This document shows, piece after piece, positions 19,367-29,074 of a DNA stretch of 64,000 nucleotides. The position numbers were made by a program, and so were the translations under genes. The stretch's first letter is position 1. Every line of letters begins with the position of its first letter. Source of the stretch: an uncultured Puniceicoccaceae bacterium (GTDB taxonomy: Bacteria; Verrucomicrobiota; Verrucomicrobiia; Opitutales; Oceanipulchritudinaceae); the NCBI GenBank assembly GCA_963933835.1, contig CAWVVV010000002.1, forward strand, positions 417,849-481,848, in the 5' to 3' direction. Below the pieces are notes generated by a model. The model worked only from the letters and a program-made list of their open reading frames with translations, was not told the origin of the DNA and made no database searches.

Positions 19367-20758
19367 ATGACTACAGACCTTTCCCAGATGACTTTCCCCA
19401 AAGCGAGCACTCCACACCCGAAGGAGACGCGTATCATCCTAGCGAATTCAGAGCGCGAAGATTTTGACGCTTCGATCGACTGTTACACACGCAATGGCGG
19501 ATACGATGTGCTGAAGAAAGCACTCTCGATGAAACCGGAGGAGGTTCACCAAGAAGTCCTCGATAGTGGAATTCGTGGCCGCGGCGGTGCTGGCTTTCCT
19601 GCAGGGATGAAATGGAAGTTTCTCGATCGCAAAAGTGGTAAGCCGATCTACCTGATCTGCAACGCGGACGAGTCGGAGCCGGGGACCTTTAAGGACCGCC
19701 AAATCATGCACAAAGATCCGCATCAGCTGATCGAAGGCATGATGATCACGGCCTACGCAATCAACGCTGCCCAAGCCTTTATCTATATCCGCGAAGAGAT
19801 GCCTTATGGCGCCCAGATTCTCGATCAAGCGATCGCAGAGGCGAAGGCCGTTGGTTTTGTCGGCGATAATATCGGCGGAAGCGGATACTCCTGTGAGCTG
19901 ATTGTTCACCGTGGTGCTGCAGCATACATCTGTGGTGAAGAAACAGGGCTCATTGAGTCGCTCGAAGGCAAGCGCGCCTATCCGCGAATCAAGCCTCCTT
20001 ATTTTCCAGCAGCCCTCGGCCTCTACATGTGCCCGACAATCGTGAACAACGTGGAGACGCTTTGCCATGTGAAGCATATTGTTGAGCGAGGCGGTCGGGC
20101 GTATTCAGAAATTGGGACGCCGAATAATTCTGGAACACGTATCTGGTGCCTCAGTGGCCACGTCATGCGCCCCGGTTACTACGAACTCGAAACGGGTAAA
20201 GTAACCTACGGTGAGCTGATCAATGATATCGGAGGAGGCTTGCGTTCAGGACGCACCCTACAGGCGGTCATTCCAGGCGGCTCGAGTTCAAAGATCTGGC
20301 GCGCCGGTGAACGCTTTAAAGGCAAGCTCCGAAATGGAACAGAGTTTGACTGGGCGATCGATGATATCCCGCTCGATTTTGACAGCCCGGCTGCAGCTGG
20401 GTCGATGAGTGGCTCCGGTGCCGTCATCGTGATCGACGATAGCGCCGACATCGTCGAGGTGCTCGCGAACATCAATGAGTTCTACGCACACGAAAGTTGC
20501 GGCCAATGCACGCCGTGTCGTGAAGGTAGCCTCTGGATGAAAAAAATCACTGCGCGTATGGCCAGAGGTGGCGCCCGACCAGAAGATGCTCAGCTTCTCG
20601 CCTCGATCGGTGATCAAATCGCAGGGAAGACAATCTGTGCCCACGGTGAAGCCTGCGCATGGCCGACCCAGAGCTTTGTTAATAAGTTTGAAGATAAATT
20701 CGTCGCGAAGGCTGAAGACAAGAGCCCTGAGCCAAAGAGTGAATTCCAAATGGTGTAG
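19367..20758 (+). CDS. nuoF: NADH-quinone oxidoreductase subunit F
   Basis: SGIRGRGGAGFP, NADESEPGTFKDR, YICGEETGL, ESCGQCTPCREG. Confidence 0.97.
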   Translation: MTTDLSQMTFPKASTPHPKETRIILANSEREDFDASIDCYTRNGGYDVLKKALSMKPEEVHQEVLDSGIRGRGGAGFPAGMKWKFLDRKSGKPIYLICNADESEPGTFKDRQIMHKDPHQLIEGMMITAYAINAAQAFIYIREEMPYGAQILDQAIAEAKAVGFVGDNIGGSGYSCELIVHRGAAAYICGEETGLIESLEGKRAYPRIKPPYFPAALGLYMCPTIVNNVETLCHVKHIVERGGRAYSEIGTPNNSGTRIWCLSGHVMRPGYYELETGKVTYGELINDIGGGLRSGRTLQAVIPGGSSSKIWRAGERFKGKLRNGTEFDWAIDDIPLDFDSPAAAGSMSGSGAVIVIDDSADIVEVLANINEFYAHESCGQCTPCREGSLWMKKITARMARGGARPEDAQLLASIGDQIAGKTICAHGEACAWPTQSFVNKFEDKFVAKAEDKSPEPKSEFQMV

Positions 20759-20764
20759 TAGGAA

Positions 20765-21184
20765 ATGGAGACACAAGTAATTAACCACGAAGTTCACGAA
20801 GAGCACGAAGGCTATACTTTCGAGCCTCTCTCGAAACGTATCATTTCCGCAGCGATCGAGGTTCATCGCGAGTTAGGTCCAGGTCTTCTTGAATCCGCAT
20901 ACATGGCGTGTTTCGCGCATGAATTGTCTTTAATGGACATTGAGGCTGAGTTAGGGGTCCCTCTGCCTGTTCAATACAAAGGCTTGGCGGTCCCGACTAG
21001 CTATCGAATGGATTTGGTAATTGATAATGAAATTTTAGTGGAGTTAAAGAGCGTTGCTTCACTCGAGCCTATTCACGAAGCACAGGTTTTAACTTACCTT
21101 AAGCTCTCTGGTTTGAAAAAGGCTCTGCTGATTAACTTTAATGTTCCATTGTTAAAAGACGGCATCCGCCGATTTGTCCGATGA
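20765..21184 (+). CDS. GxxExxY protein (PD-(D/E)XK nuclease-like) inserted in the nuo operon
   Basis: 'AIEVHRELGPGLLESAY', 'YRMDLVID..VELKSV', 'AQVLTYLKLSG...LLINF'. Confidence 0.92.
   Translation: METQVINHEVHEEHEGYTFEPLSKRIISAAIEVHRELGPGLLESAYMACFAHELSLMDIEAELGVPLPVQYKGLAVPTSYRMDLVIDNEILVELKSVASLEPIHEAQVLTYLKLSGLKKALLINFNVPLLKDGIRRFVR
20783..20810 (+). repeat. Left arm: three CACGAAG units at 9-bp period
   Basis: aac-CACGAAG-tt-CACGAAG-ag-CACGAAG inside the 5' end of the GxxExxY ORF (encodes HEVHEEHE). Confidence 0.85.
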
Positions 21185-21206
21185 AACGATTCAATTCTAG
21201 TTTTTT

Positions 21207-21234
21207 CTTCGTTAACTTCGTGATCTTCGTGTTA
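21207..21234 (-). repeat. Right arm: inverted copy of the CACGAAG triplet
   Basis: CTTCGTT-aa-CTTCGTG-at-CTTCGTG-tta, 22 nt after the GxxExxY stop. Confidence 0.85.
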
Positions 21235-21266
21235 GAAAACCACGTTATATTCGAGGACATTATTTA

Positions 21267-22967
21267 ATGAGTAACTCGATCGAAGATTTGATTAGGATTA
21301 ACCTGAACGGTAAGGACGTTGAAGTTCCTAACCGAATGAATCTCGTCGATGCGGCTGAGATGCATGGCGTCGAAATTCCGCACTATTGCTACCACTCTAA
21401 GCTCAGTGTGGCGGGTAATTGCCGCATGTGTCTGATTGAGATGGGCACGCCGGGTCGTGACCGTGCGACAGGTGAGGCAATGCTCAATGAGGATGGCTCG
21501 CCGAAGATCATGTGGGTGCCAAAGCCGGTTATCGCCTGTGCGACGAATGTATCGCCGGGGATGCATGTGAACACGGAGTCCGAAACGGTGAAGGGATGCC
21601 GCGAGGGCGTAATGGAATTTCTCCTCGTAAACCACCCGCTGGATTGCCCGATTTGTGACCAGGCAGGGGAGTGCCGCCTGCAGGAATTTTCAACCGACTA
21701 TGGCCGTGGCTACTCACGCTTCATCGAAGAGAAGAACGTAAAGCCCAAGCGCACTCGTATCGGCCCGCGCGTCATGTTGGATGATGAGCGCTGTATTTTG
21801 TGCTCCCGTTGCGTTCGCTTTGCAGACGAAATCATTGAAGATCATGTCCTCGGCTTTATCGACCGTGGCAGCTACTCGACGCTGACGACCTTCCCAGGTA
21901 AAGAGCTCAATAGTAATTACTCTCTAAATACTGTGGACATCTGCCCGGTGGGTGCGCTCACGAGCACTGACTTCCGCTTTAAAATGCGAGTTTGGTTCCT
22001 CCGGGAAACGCCTTCGATTGATGCCGAGTCGAGTGTTGGTTGCAACACCATGGTCGGCAGCCGCGAGGGTAAGATTTACCGAATCACTCCGCAACAGAAC
22101 GACGAAGTAAACGACACTTGGATGCCTGACTCAGGTCGCGAGCTCTATAAGAAGGTAGAGTCTAAGGATCGTCTCGATAGCTACGCGATCGAAGGTCGTC
22201 CAGTATCGGCAGATGAGGCTCTGGCAAAAGCAGCCGAACTCTTGCAAGGTGGTAAGGTCGCGATCGTCGGCAGCGCTACGCTTGCGCTCGAAGAACAATT
22301 TGTCCTCACCAAAATTCGTGAGACACTCGGTGCTGAGATCCCGTCGTATTGGGTTTCTCATTACGCAGATGGTGATGGGAAGCTCTTAAGTGCAGACCGC
22401 ACGCCGAACCTTCGCGGCGGTCTCTTGAGCGGGTTTACCGATGCACTTCCGGTAGCAGAGCTCAGCGAGCTCGGAGCGAAAATCGATTCCGGCGAAATCA
22501 CGACGATCTTGTCTGTCGGTGAAAAAATTTGTGCTGCAGGCATCAGTGATGAACAGCTGAAAAAGGCGAAGGTCATTTACATTGGTGAAGAGCTTTGCTC
22601 GACGAGTCAGTTCGCAGAGGTCGAGATCCCACTTCTCACCGTGTTTGAAAAATCAGGCACCTTCGTTAATCAACAGTTTCGAGTGCAAAAGTTCACTCAG
22701 GCGATTCCAGGGCCATCGAGTGTGATCTTTGGACTCTCTAATTTTACCAAGTTGCACCACCTCCTCGACGCCGATTCGCCGTATGCGCCAAGTCCGGCCG
22801 CGATCTGGCAACACATGGCACAGGCGGTGCCCGAATTTGCCGACCTGACCTTCAACGGAATCCCGGCGACGGGCGTTGTTGTTTCCGATCATCGATTCGC
22901 GGCGCTTGAATTCGTTGATGGCCCGTCGATTCACTTTCAGCCCAAAAACGCTGCCGTTGAGGCCTAA
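21267..22967 (+). CDS. nuoG: NADH-quinone oxidoreductase subunit G (short form)
   Basis: IPHYCYH..L...GNCRMC, NHPLDCPICDQAGEC, RCILCSRCVRF, DICPVGAL. Confidence 0.96.
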   Translation: MSNSIEDLIRINLNGKDVEVPNRMNLVDAAEMHGVEIPHYCYHSKLSVAGNCRMCLIEMGTPGRDRATGEAMLNEDGSPKIMWVPKPVIACATNVSPGMHVNTESETVKGCREGVMEFLLVNHPLDCPICDQAGECRLQEFSTDYGRGYSRFIEEKNVKPKRTRIGPRVMLDDERCILCSRCVRFADEIIEDHVLGFIDRGSYSTLTTFPGKELNSNYSLNTVDICPVGALTSTDFRFKMRVWFLRETPSIDAESSVGCNTMVGSREGKIYRITPQQNDEVNDTWMPDSGRELYKKVESKDRLDSYAIEGRPVSADEALAKAAELLQGGKVAIVGSATLALEEQFVLTKIRETLGAEIPSYWVSHYADGDGKLLSADRTPNLRGGLLSGFTDALPVAELSELGAKIDSGEITTILSVGEKICAAGISDEQLKKAKVIYIGEELCSTSQFAEVEIPLLTVFEKSGTFVNQQFRVQKFTQAIPGPSSVIFGLSNFTKLHHLLDADSPYAPSPAAIWQHMAQAVPEFADLTFNGIPATGVVVSDHRFAALEFVDGPSIHFQPKNAAVEA

Positions 22968-22976
22968 GGGAAACGT

Positions 22977-24095
22977 ATGATACCATTCGAGATACCTTTT
23001 GAGAACACCGTCCTCGTCGTTGTAAAGGGGGCCGTGATGATCGCAGTGGTCATGGGGATGGCTGCCTACGCTGTTTTGGTCGAACGCAAGGTAGCGGCCT
23101 GGATTCAAGGTCGCCCGGGCCCAAATCGCACAAGCTTGCCTTTGATCGGTGGCATTCCGGTGATCGGACCCTTCCTTACGCGTCTCGGGGTTTTTCAGCC
23201 AGCGGCAGATGGCCTTAAGTTTCTCTTCAAAGAAGATGCGCTGCCGGGCCACGTAAATAAATTCTACTACGTCCTCGCTCCGCTCATTTCGTTCATCCCA
23301 GCGATGACGACGATGACGGTGCTACCGTTCGGAGTTTGGATCAGTGCTGAAGGTGTCGCGTCACCGCTTGTCCTTGCTAACCTCGATATCGGGATCCTCT
23401 TCATTCTAGCGGTTTCATCGCTCGGTGTTTACGGCATCATCCTTGCGGGTTGGTCAGCGAATTCGAAATACCCGTTTCTTGGCGGCATCCGTGCGAGTGC
23501 GCAGATGATCAGTTACGAGCTTGCGATGGGACTTTCGCTCCTGCCCGTCTTCATGTGGTATGCTGGCTCAGGTGCGACAATGAATATAGCGCATATCGTT
23601 GATGCGCAGAGCGGTAGATTACTGATTTTTCCTGCTTACACGATTTTCATCCAACCACTCTCGGCATTGATTTTCCTCGTCGCGCTCTTCGCAGAGACGA
23701 ATCGCCTGCCGTTTGATATGCCCGAGTCTGAGACCGATCTCGTTGCGGGTTACAACACTGAGTATGGCGCTTTTAAGTTCGGGCTCTTCTTTGTTGGTGA
23801 ATACACCCACATCATCATCGGCTCAGGTGTTTTTGCAGCGCTCTTCCTTGGTGGGTGGCATATCGGTTACGACATCCCGTGGCCAACAGGCATCCTCGGT
23901 GCACTTCTCTCAGCAAGCGTCTTCCTCACCAAAACCTGTGCCCTTGTCTTCTTCTTCATTTGGGTGCGTTGGACGTTGCCGCGTTTCCGCTACGACCAAG
24001 TAATGAATCTCGGCTGGAAGAAACTCCTTCCGATCTCGATCGCTAACCTCCTCTTCTATACAGTGCTCGTCGCTTTGATGGAGTCTGTTTTATAA
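22977..24095 (+). CDS. nuoH: NADH-quinone oxidoreductase subunit H
   Basis: ERKV..W.Q.R.GP, ADGLK, AQMISYE, AETNRLPFD, PRFRYDQ. Confidence 0.97.
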   Translation: MIPFEIPFENTVLVVVKGAVMIAVVMGMAAYAVLVERKVAAWIQGRPGPNRTSLPLIGGIPVIGPFLTRLGVFQPAADGLKFLFKEDALPGHVNKFYYVLAPLISFIPAMTTMTVLPFGVWISAEGVASPLVLANLDIGILFILAVSSLGVYGIILAGWSANSKYPFLGGIRASAQMISYELAMGLSLLPVFMWYAGSGATMNIAHIVDAQSGRLLIFPAYTIFIQPLSALIFLVALFAETNRLPFDMPESETDLVAGYNTEYGAFKFGLFFVGEYTHIIIGSGVFAALFLGGWHIGYDIPWPTGILGALLSASVFLTKTCALVFFFIWVRWTLPRFRYDQVMNLGWKKLLPISIANLLFYTVLVALMESVL

Positions 24096-24113
24096 AGAAC
24101 CTTTCTCGTCGCT

Positions 24114-24662
24114 ATGCCTACTTCAGTAAAAGTTGTTGATCGCAAGCCGCTGAGCTTTTCGGAAAGAACCTACCTTCCGCAGATCGTCAGTGGTTTGAAG
24201 ATCACGATGAAAAACATGTTCAAGCCGGCCGTGACACTGGAATATCCGGATGAGCGGCCAAAGATTCCAACTGGCTATCGTGGCGTGCCCACGCTCGTAA
24301 AGGATCCTAAGGGTCGCGAAAAGTGCGTTTCTTGCCAACTCTGTGAATTTGTCTGCCCTCCGAAAGCGATCCGCATCACACCCGGTTCAATCGCTGAGGA
24401 TGATGACCAGGCCCACGTTGAGAAGGCTCCAAAGGAGTTCGAAATCAACATGCTCCGCTGCATTTACTGCGGGTTTTGCCAAGAGGTGTGCCCAGAAGAG
24501 GCGATCTGGCTCCAAGACATCTACTCCGTCAGTGGTTATTCCCGCGAGGAGATGGTGAATAAGAAAGACAAACTTTACGAACTCGGTGGAACCCTCCCCG
24601 ATGAACATTTCAAATGGGATAAAAAGAAGACGGCAGAGGAGGCCGGCGGCACACACCATTAG
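24114..24662 (+). CDS. nuoI: NADH-quinone oxidoreductase subunit I
   Basis: Two CxxCxxCxxxCP ferredoxin motifs. Confidence 0.97.
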   Translation: MPTSVKVVDRKPLSFSERTYLPQIVSGLKITMKNMFKPAVTLEYPDERPKIPTGYRGVPTLVKDPKGREKCVSCQLCEFVCPPKAIRITPGSIAEDDDQAHVEKAPKEFEINMLRCIYCGFCQEVCPEEAIWLQDIYSVSGYSREEMVNKKDKLYELGGTLPDEHFKWDKKKTAEEAGGTHH

Positions 24663-24736
24663 GATGTCTTCGGTTCGTTTGGGAAAAATAACCTTCTCAA
24701 GTCGCGGACCAAACTCTTAAGTCCCACAACTTTCGC

Positions 24737-25234
24737 ATGGATTGGCTCTTTATCATATTTGCGGTGCTCACCCTCGTGCCGGCTATCGTTACAGCGACTG
24801 CGAAGAATCCGGTTACAGCGGCGATGAACATGATCGTCTCGTTTGTCTCGATGGCGGCCTTGATGGTTCTGCTCGAGACCTACTTTCTGGCTGTCTTACA
24901 GGTGCTGGTCTATGCCGGAGCAATCGTTGTCCTTTTCCTTTTCATCATCATGCTGATCGATGATGAAAAAGCACCGCGAGCTGGAGTGGTTCGAACGATC
25001 GCAGCAATGGTGGCCTTTCTTCTGATGTGTTTTACAGTGCTCTACCTTTTCTTTGGCGAGTATGCGATGGAAACGCCGGTCCTCGCAGAAGCGACGATGG
25101 ACACCGTCCGTGTCTTCGGCGTCGAGCTGTTCACTCAGTACATGCTGCCATTCCAAGTTTCAGGCTTCATGCTCCTCATCGCGATGGTCGGCGTAATTGT
25201 TTTGAGTAAAACTCCACCCAAGGAGGACGTCTGA
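24737..25234 (+). CDS. nuoJ: NADH-quinone oxidoreductase subunit J
   Basis: QVLVYAGAIVVLFLFIIML, LF..Y.LPF. Confidence 0.95.
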   Translation: MDWLFIIFAVLTLVPAIVTATAKNPVTAAMNMIVSFVSMAALMVLLETYFLAVLQVLVYAGAIVVLFLFIIMLIDDEKAPRAGVVRTIAAMVAFLLMCFTVLYLFFGEYAMETPVLAEATMDTVRVFGVELFTQYMLPFQVSGFMLLIAMVGVIVLSKTPPKEDV

Positions 25235-25554
25235 TGGCAATCGCCTTACCGCACTATTTGCTCGTTTCAGGGCTGCTCTTTGTCATCGGGCTTTTTGGCG
25301 TTCTTCTGCGCCGAAACACGCTGGTAGTCTTTATGTGTCTTGAGTTGATGCTCAGCGCTTCGATTTTGGCTCTGGTTGCATTCTCTCGTTACCATAGCAC
25401 ACCGGAAGCACCTCTCTTCGAGGGGAATACGTTTGTCCTCTTTATCATCGCCATAGCCGCCTGTGAAGTAGCGGTTGGTCTGGCGATCATCGTCGCGCTC
25501 TGGCGCAGGAAACAAAGCGTCGATCTAGGGTCGATGGCGGAACTGAAAAACTAG
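25234..25554 (+). CDS. nuoK: NADH-quinone oxidoreductase subunit K
   Basis: RRN....MCLELML, AACEVAVGLA. Confidence 0.96.
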   Translation: MAIALPHYLLVSGLLFVIGLFGVLLRRNTLVVFMCLELMLSASILALVAFSRYHSTPEAPLFEGNTFVLFIIAIAACEVAVGLAIIVALWRRKQSVDLGSMAELKN

Positions 25555-25567
25555 CTGGCGACGATAC

Positions 25568-27469
25568 ATGTCTGACGTGCCCTCACTGCTCACTCTTATA
25601 CTAGTCAACCCGATCGTGGCTGCTGCCCTGATCTGGATATTTGGGCGCCAGCGCCACAATTTGGCAGCGGGTATTTCGGTCCTGTCTGCGGGCATTGGAA
25701 TGGTGGCTGGTCTGCTCATCCTCCTACAAGCTTGGGATGGCGAAGCGCTTCAGGGTGGCTCGCTTCAAGTCGAGTGGCTCACGCTCGGGAGTTGGACGCT
25801 CAATATTGGTTTTTATCTCAACGAAATTTCGGCCGCGATGCTCGGTATCGTGACCTTTGTTGGTTTCTGGATCCATCTTTTCAGCCTTGGCTACATGCAG
25901 GGGGATGCGGGCAAGGGTCGCTTCTTTGGCGGGCTTTCGATTTTCATGTTTTCCATGCTCGGGATCGTCCTCGCGGACAACCTCTTCATGGTCTTCATCT
26001 TCTGGGAGCTTGTGGGCTTTAGTTCCTACATGCTCATCGGCCATTATCTTACGGATGTAGCGGCTGCCGCTTCGCGAAAGGCTTTCATTACGAATCGAGT
26101 GGGGGACTTTGGCTTCCTCCTCGGAATCGTCATGATTTTCTGGCAGTTCGGCACGACCGATCTAGTTGCTCTCGGCGAGCAAGGGGTTGCGGTTTCGACC
26201 GTCGTCGGCCTGCTCTTCTTCTGTGGCGTGCTTGGTAAGTCTGCCCAGATGCCGCTTCATGTTTGGCTGCCGGATGCGATGGCGGGTCCGACTCCAATTT
26301 CGGCTCTCATTCACGCGGCAACGATGGTCGCGGCAGGTGTTTTCCTCCTCGCGCGGACGTATTTCCTTTTTGATGACAGTGCGCTGCAGGTTATCGGCTG
26401 GATAGGAACGATCACAGCCTTGAGCGCAGCGATCTGGGCTTTCGCTCAGCGGGATATCAAAAAGATCCTCGCTTACTCCACGCTCTCACAGCTCGGCTAC
26501 ATGGTGGCTGCATTTGGTTTGGGGACGCTTTACGGGCGTCACTACAATGGCGAAGGTCATGCCGAGTTTGCTGCTCTCTGGGGTGTTGGTGCGTCGATGT
26601 TCCACCTCACGACCCATGCTTTCTTTAAGGCCCTCATGTTCCTTGGCTCCGGCTCAGTCATCCATGCCTGCCACCGCGAGCAAGACATCTTTAAGATGGG
26701 TGGGCTCTGGAAGAAGATGCCGATCACTGGGACAATGTTTTTCATCGGCTTGATCGCCATTGCCGGGGTCCCGTTCCTCGGCGCAGGTTTCTTTTCAAAG
26801 GATCTGATTTTGGTTTTGGCGAAAGGGCAAAGTGCTCCGGCGTTTTACATCCTGACTTTTACCGCGGTGCTGACGGCAATCTACATGGGTCGTCTCTTCG
26901 TCATCGCTTTCCTTGGCAAAGCAAACAGCGAACACGCCAAGGAGACGTCGTGGACGATGTGGCTTCCGTTGGTTGTTCTCGCGATCTTCTCGGTCGGAGC
27001 CATTTGGGGTCTAGAGCTTTTCCCTAAAGGAGTGAAGCCGCTCTTTCATGATTACGTGCACCATGCTGAGGGGAATGAGTTCGTCCTCATGGTCATCATC
27101 TCTTCGGTCGCTTCTATTGTAGGTCTTGCTGTCGCCTACTTCTTCTATGGAGCGGGCGCGGCGACTGATCGCTTGGAGAGCGCGCTCAAACCGCTTTGGT
27201 CCCTCAGCCGATCACGCTTCTATTTCGATGAGATCTACAGCTGGTATGTGAAGAACGTCCAGGACCGGGTAGCGGTCTTTGTCGATTTCTTCGATGCGCT
27301 TTTCATTGGCGGCTTGGGGATGCGCGGTTCGGCGGGCGCAACCGGTTTAGCCGGTATGCTGGTGCGGAGTTTCCATGGCGGAAGCGTCGCGATCTATGTG
27401 TGGTCTTTCTTTATCGGTGTCGTGATTGTGTGGGTCGTCGCCACAGATGCTGTCACTTCGCTGTTCTAA
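25568..27469 (+). CDS. nuoL: NADH-quinone oxidoreductase subunit L
   Basis: WELVG..SY, KAFITNRVGD, GKSAQ.PLHVWLPDAMAGPTP, HAFFKA. Confidence 0.97.
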   Translation: MSDVPSLLTLILVNPIVAAALIWIFGRQRHNLAAGISVLSAGIGMVAGLLILLQAWDGEALQGGSLQVEWLTLGSWTLNIGFYLNEISAAMLGIVTFVGFWIHLFSLGYMQGDAGKGRFFGGLSIFMFSMLGIVLADNLFMVFIFWELVGFSSYMLIGHYLTDVAAAASRKAFITNRVGDFGFLLGIVMIFWQFGTTDLVALGEQGVAVSTVVGLLFFCGVLGKSAQMPLHVWLPDAMAGPTPISALIHAATMVAAGVFLLARTYFLFDDSALQVIGWIGTITALSAAIWAFAQRDIKKILAYSTLSQLGYMVAAFGLGTLYGRHYNGEGHAEFAALWGVGASMFHLTTHAFFKALMFLGSGSVIHACHREQDIFKMGGLWKKMPITGTMFFIGLIAIAGVPFLGAGFFSKDLILVLAKGQSAPAFYILTFTAVLTAIYMGRLFVIAFLGKANSEHAKETSWTMWLPLVVLAIFSVGAIWGLELFPKGVKPLFHDYVHHAEGNEFVLMVIISSVASIVGLAVAYFFYGAGAATDRLESALKPLWSLSRSRFYFDEIYSWYVKNVQDRVAVFVDFFDALFIGGLGMRGSAGATGLAGMLVRSFHGGSVAIYVWSFFIGVVIVWVVATDAVTSLF

Positions 27470-27472
27470 ATT

Positions 27473-29062
27473 ATGAGCGCTCCTTTATCACTCGCTTTGT
27501 TCGAAGGTCTTCGCCCGGTTTTAGAAGGGTTCGAGAACGCTGGGTACAGCCGCATCGCTCTCGTTCTCGCCGTGATCTTTCCACTTTGCATGGCGATCTC
27601 GATGACGCTGGGTGGAGCCATGTCCGACCTCCATGCGAAGGCAGCAGCGATGGTTGGTTTCATCGTTCCAGCCGTTTTAAGCCTCTTGTTGGCTGTCGTG
27701 TATTACGGTCAGGACTACGCGGGTGGTTATGCCTTTGGGATTCTGCAGGACATGGGTCTCGGAAACTTTGGCATCTATTTTCATCTCGGACTCAACGGTA
27801 TTTCGATGCCGCTCTTTGTCCTCGCAGGTGTTGTTGGCCTAGCGGCGGGTGGTTACGCCGTCACTGGGAAGATGGAGAAAATCCGCATCTACCTGATTCT
27901 CCTCTTGGTCATGCAAGCTGGTCTGATGGGAACGTTTGCTTCGGTTGATGTGCTCTTCTTCTACCTCTTTCACGAGTTCGCCCTTATCCCAACATTCATC
28001 CTCATCGCGATGTGGGGTGGTCGCGGTCGACGCACGGTGGCGCTCGAAATGTCGATCTACCTGACCCTCGGTGCGATGCTTACGCTGGCGGGTTTGCTTC
28101 TGCTCTATCTCAAGAGCGATGCGGTGGCGTTTAACATGATCGAGCTCCGCGCTTTCGCGTCATCGGTTGAATATGGTAGCTTGATCTCGGCCCTCCTCCT
28201 CCTCGGGTTCGGGGTGCTTGTCTCACTCTTTCCTTTTCACAGCTGGGCGCCAAACGGCTACGCTACGGCGCCGGCATCGAATGCGATGCTCCATGCAGGC
28301 GTGCTGAAGAAGTTCGGCCTCTACGGGCTGGTGCAGATCGTTCTTCCGATCTTGCCTGCGGGCTTTATCGAGTGGTCGCCTGCTCTGATGTGGTTGGCGC
28401 TGGGTAATATCATCATCATCGGCTTTGTCACGATGGCTCAGCGCGATCTCAAGATGATGCTCGGTAATGCTTCCGTGATGCACATGGGTTACGCATTCCT
28501 TGGCCTCTTCGCTTTCAGCACGGTCGGTGTTGGCGGTGCTGTCATGATGATGTTCGCGCACGGTTTTTCGATCGCGCTCCTTTTCCTTCTCGCCGATGTC
28601 ATCGAACGTCGCGCTGGCACGACTGAGCTTTCTGAGCTCGGTGGCATGGGTAAAGAAGCACCGGTTCTAGCGGCCTTTTTCATCGCTGCTACGATGGCGA
28701 GTATTGGTCTCCCGGGTTTTGCAAATTTCTGGGGCGAACTAGCGATCTTTGTTTCCCTTTGGGATTCAGCCACGCCTTGGGTTATCGCTCCGGCGGCGGC
28801 AGGTATTGTGATCTCCGCTGTTTACGGGCTGCGGGCGGTCTCAAAGATTTTCTTCGGTGAAGCGAAGGCGAAGTACGAGGGCGGTGACCTGACTGCTCTC
28901 GAGAAATGGCCAGCACTTGTTCTGCTCATCGGGCTTCTGGCCGTCGGCTTCTGGCCGCGACTCGTTTCCGATGATATCGACGCAGCGGTGCAGGATGTGA
29001 TTCGTGCCGCTGAGCCGGCGCTTGCAGCTGCTGCGCAAGACTTGACTGTGGCAGAGAGATAA
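27473..29062 (+). CDS. nuoM: NADH-quinone oxidoreductase subunit M
   Basis: PFHSWAP, AGVL.KFGLYG, HMGY, MASIGLPG..NF.GE. Confidence 0.95.
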   Translation: MSAPLSLALFEGLRPVLEGFENAGYSRIALVLAVIFPLCMAISMTLGGAMSDLHAKAAAMVGFIVPAVLSLLLAVVYYGQDYAGGYAFGILQDMGLGNFGIYFHLGLNGISMPLFVLAGVVGLAAGGYAVTGKMEKIRIYLILLLVMQAGLMGTFASVDVLFFYLFHEFALIPTFILIAMWGGRGRRTVALEMSIYLTLGAMLTLAGLLLLYLKSDAVAFNMIELRAFASSVEYGSLISALLLLGFGVLVSLFPFHSWAPNGYATAPASNAMLHAGVLKKFGLYGLVQIVLPILPAGFIEWSPALMWLALGNIIIIGFVTMAQRDLKMMLGNASVMHMGYAFLGLFAFSTVGVGGAVMMMFAHGFSIALLFLLADVIERRAGTTELSELGGMGKEAPVLAAFFIAATMASIGLPGFANFWGELAIFVSLWDSATPWVIAPAAAGIVISAVYGLRAVSKIFFGEAKAKYEGGDLTALEKWPALVLLIGLLAVGFWPRLVSDDIDAAVQDVIRAAEPALAAAAQDLTVAER

Positions 29063-29074
29063 AGACTTTTTTTG

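Noticed and set aside
20783..21234. CACGAAG repeats as a CRISPR array or classical IS terminal inverted repeats
   Set aside because: Units are 7 bp with 2-nt spacers; no cas gene, no DDE/HUH transposase and no clear target-site duplication seen
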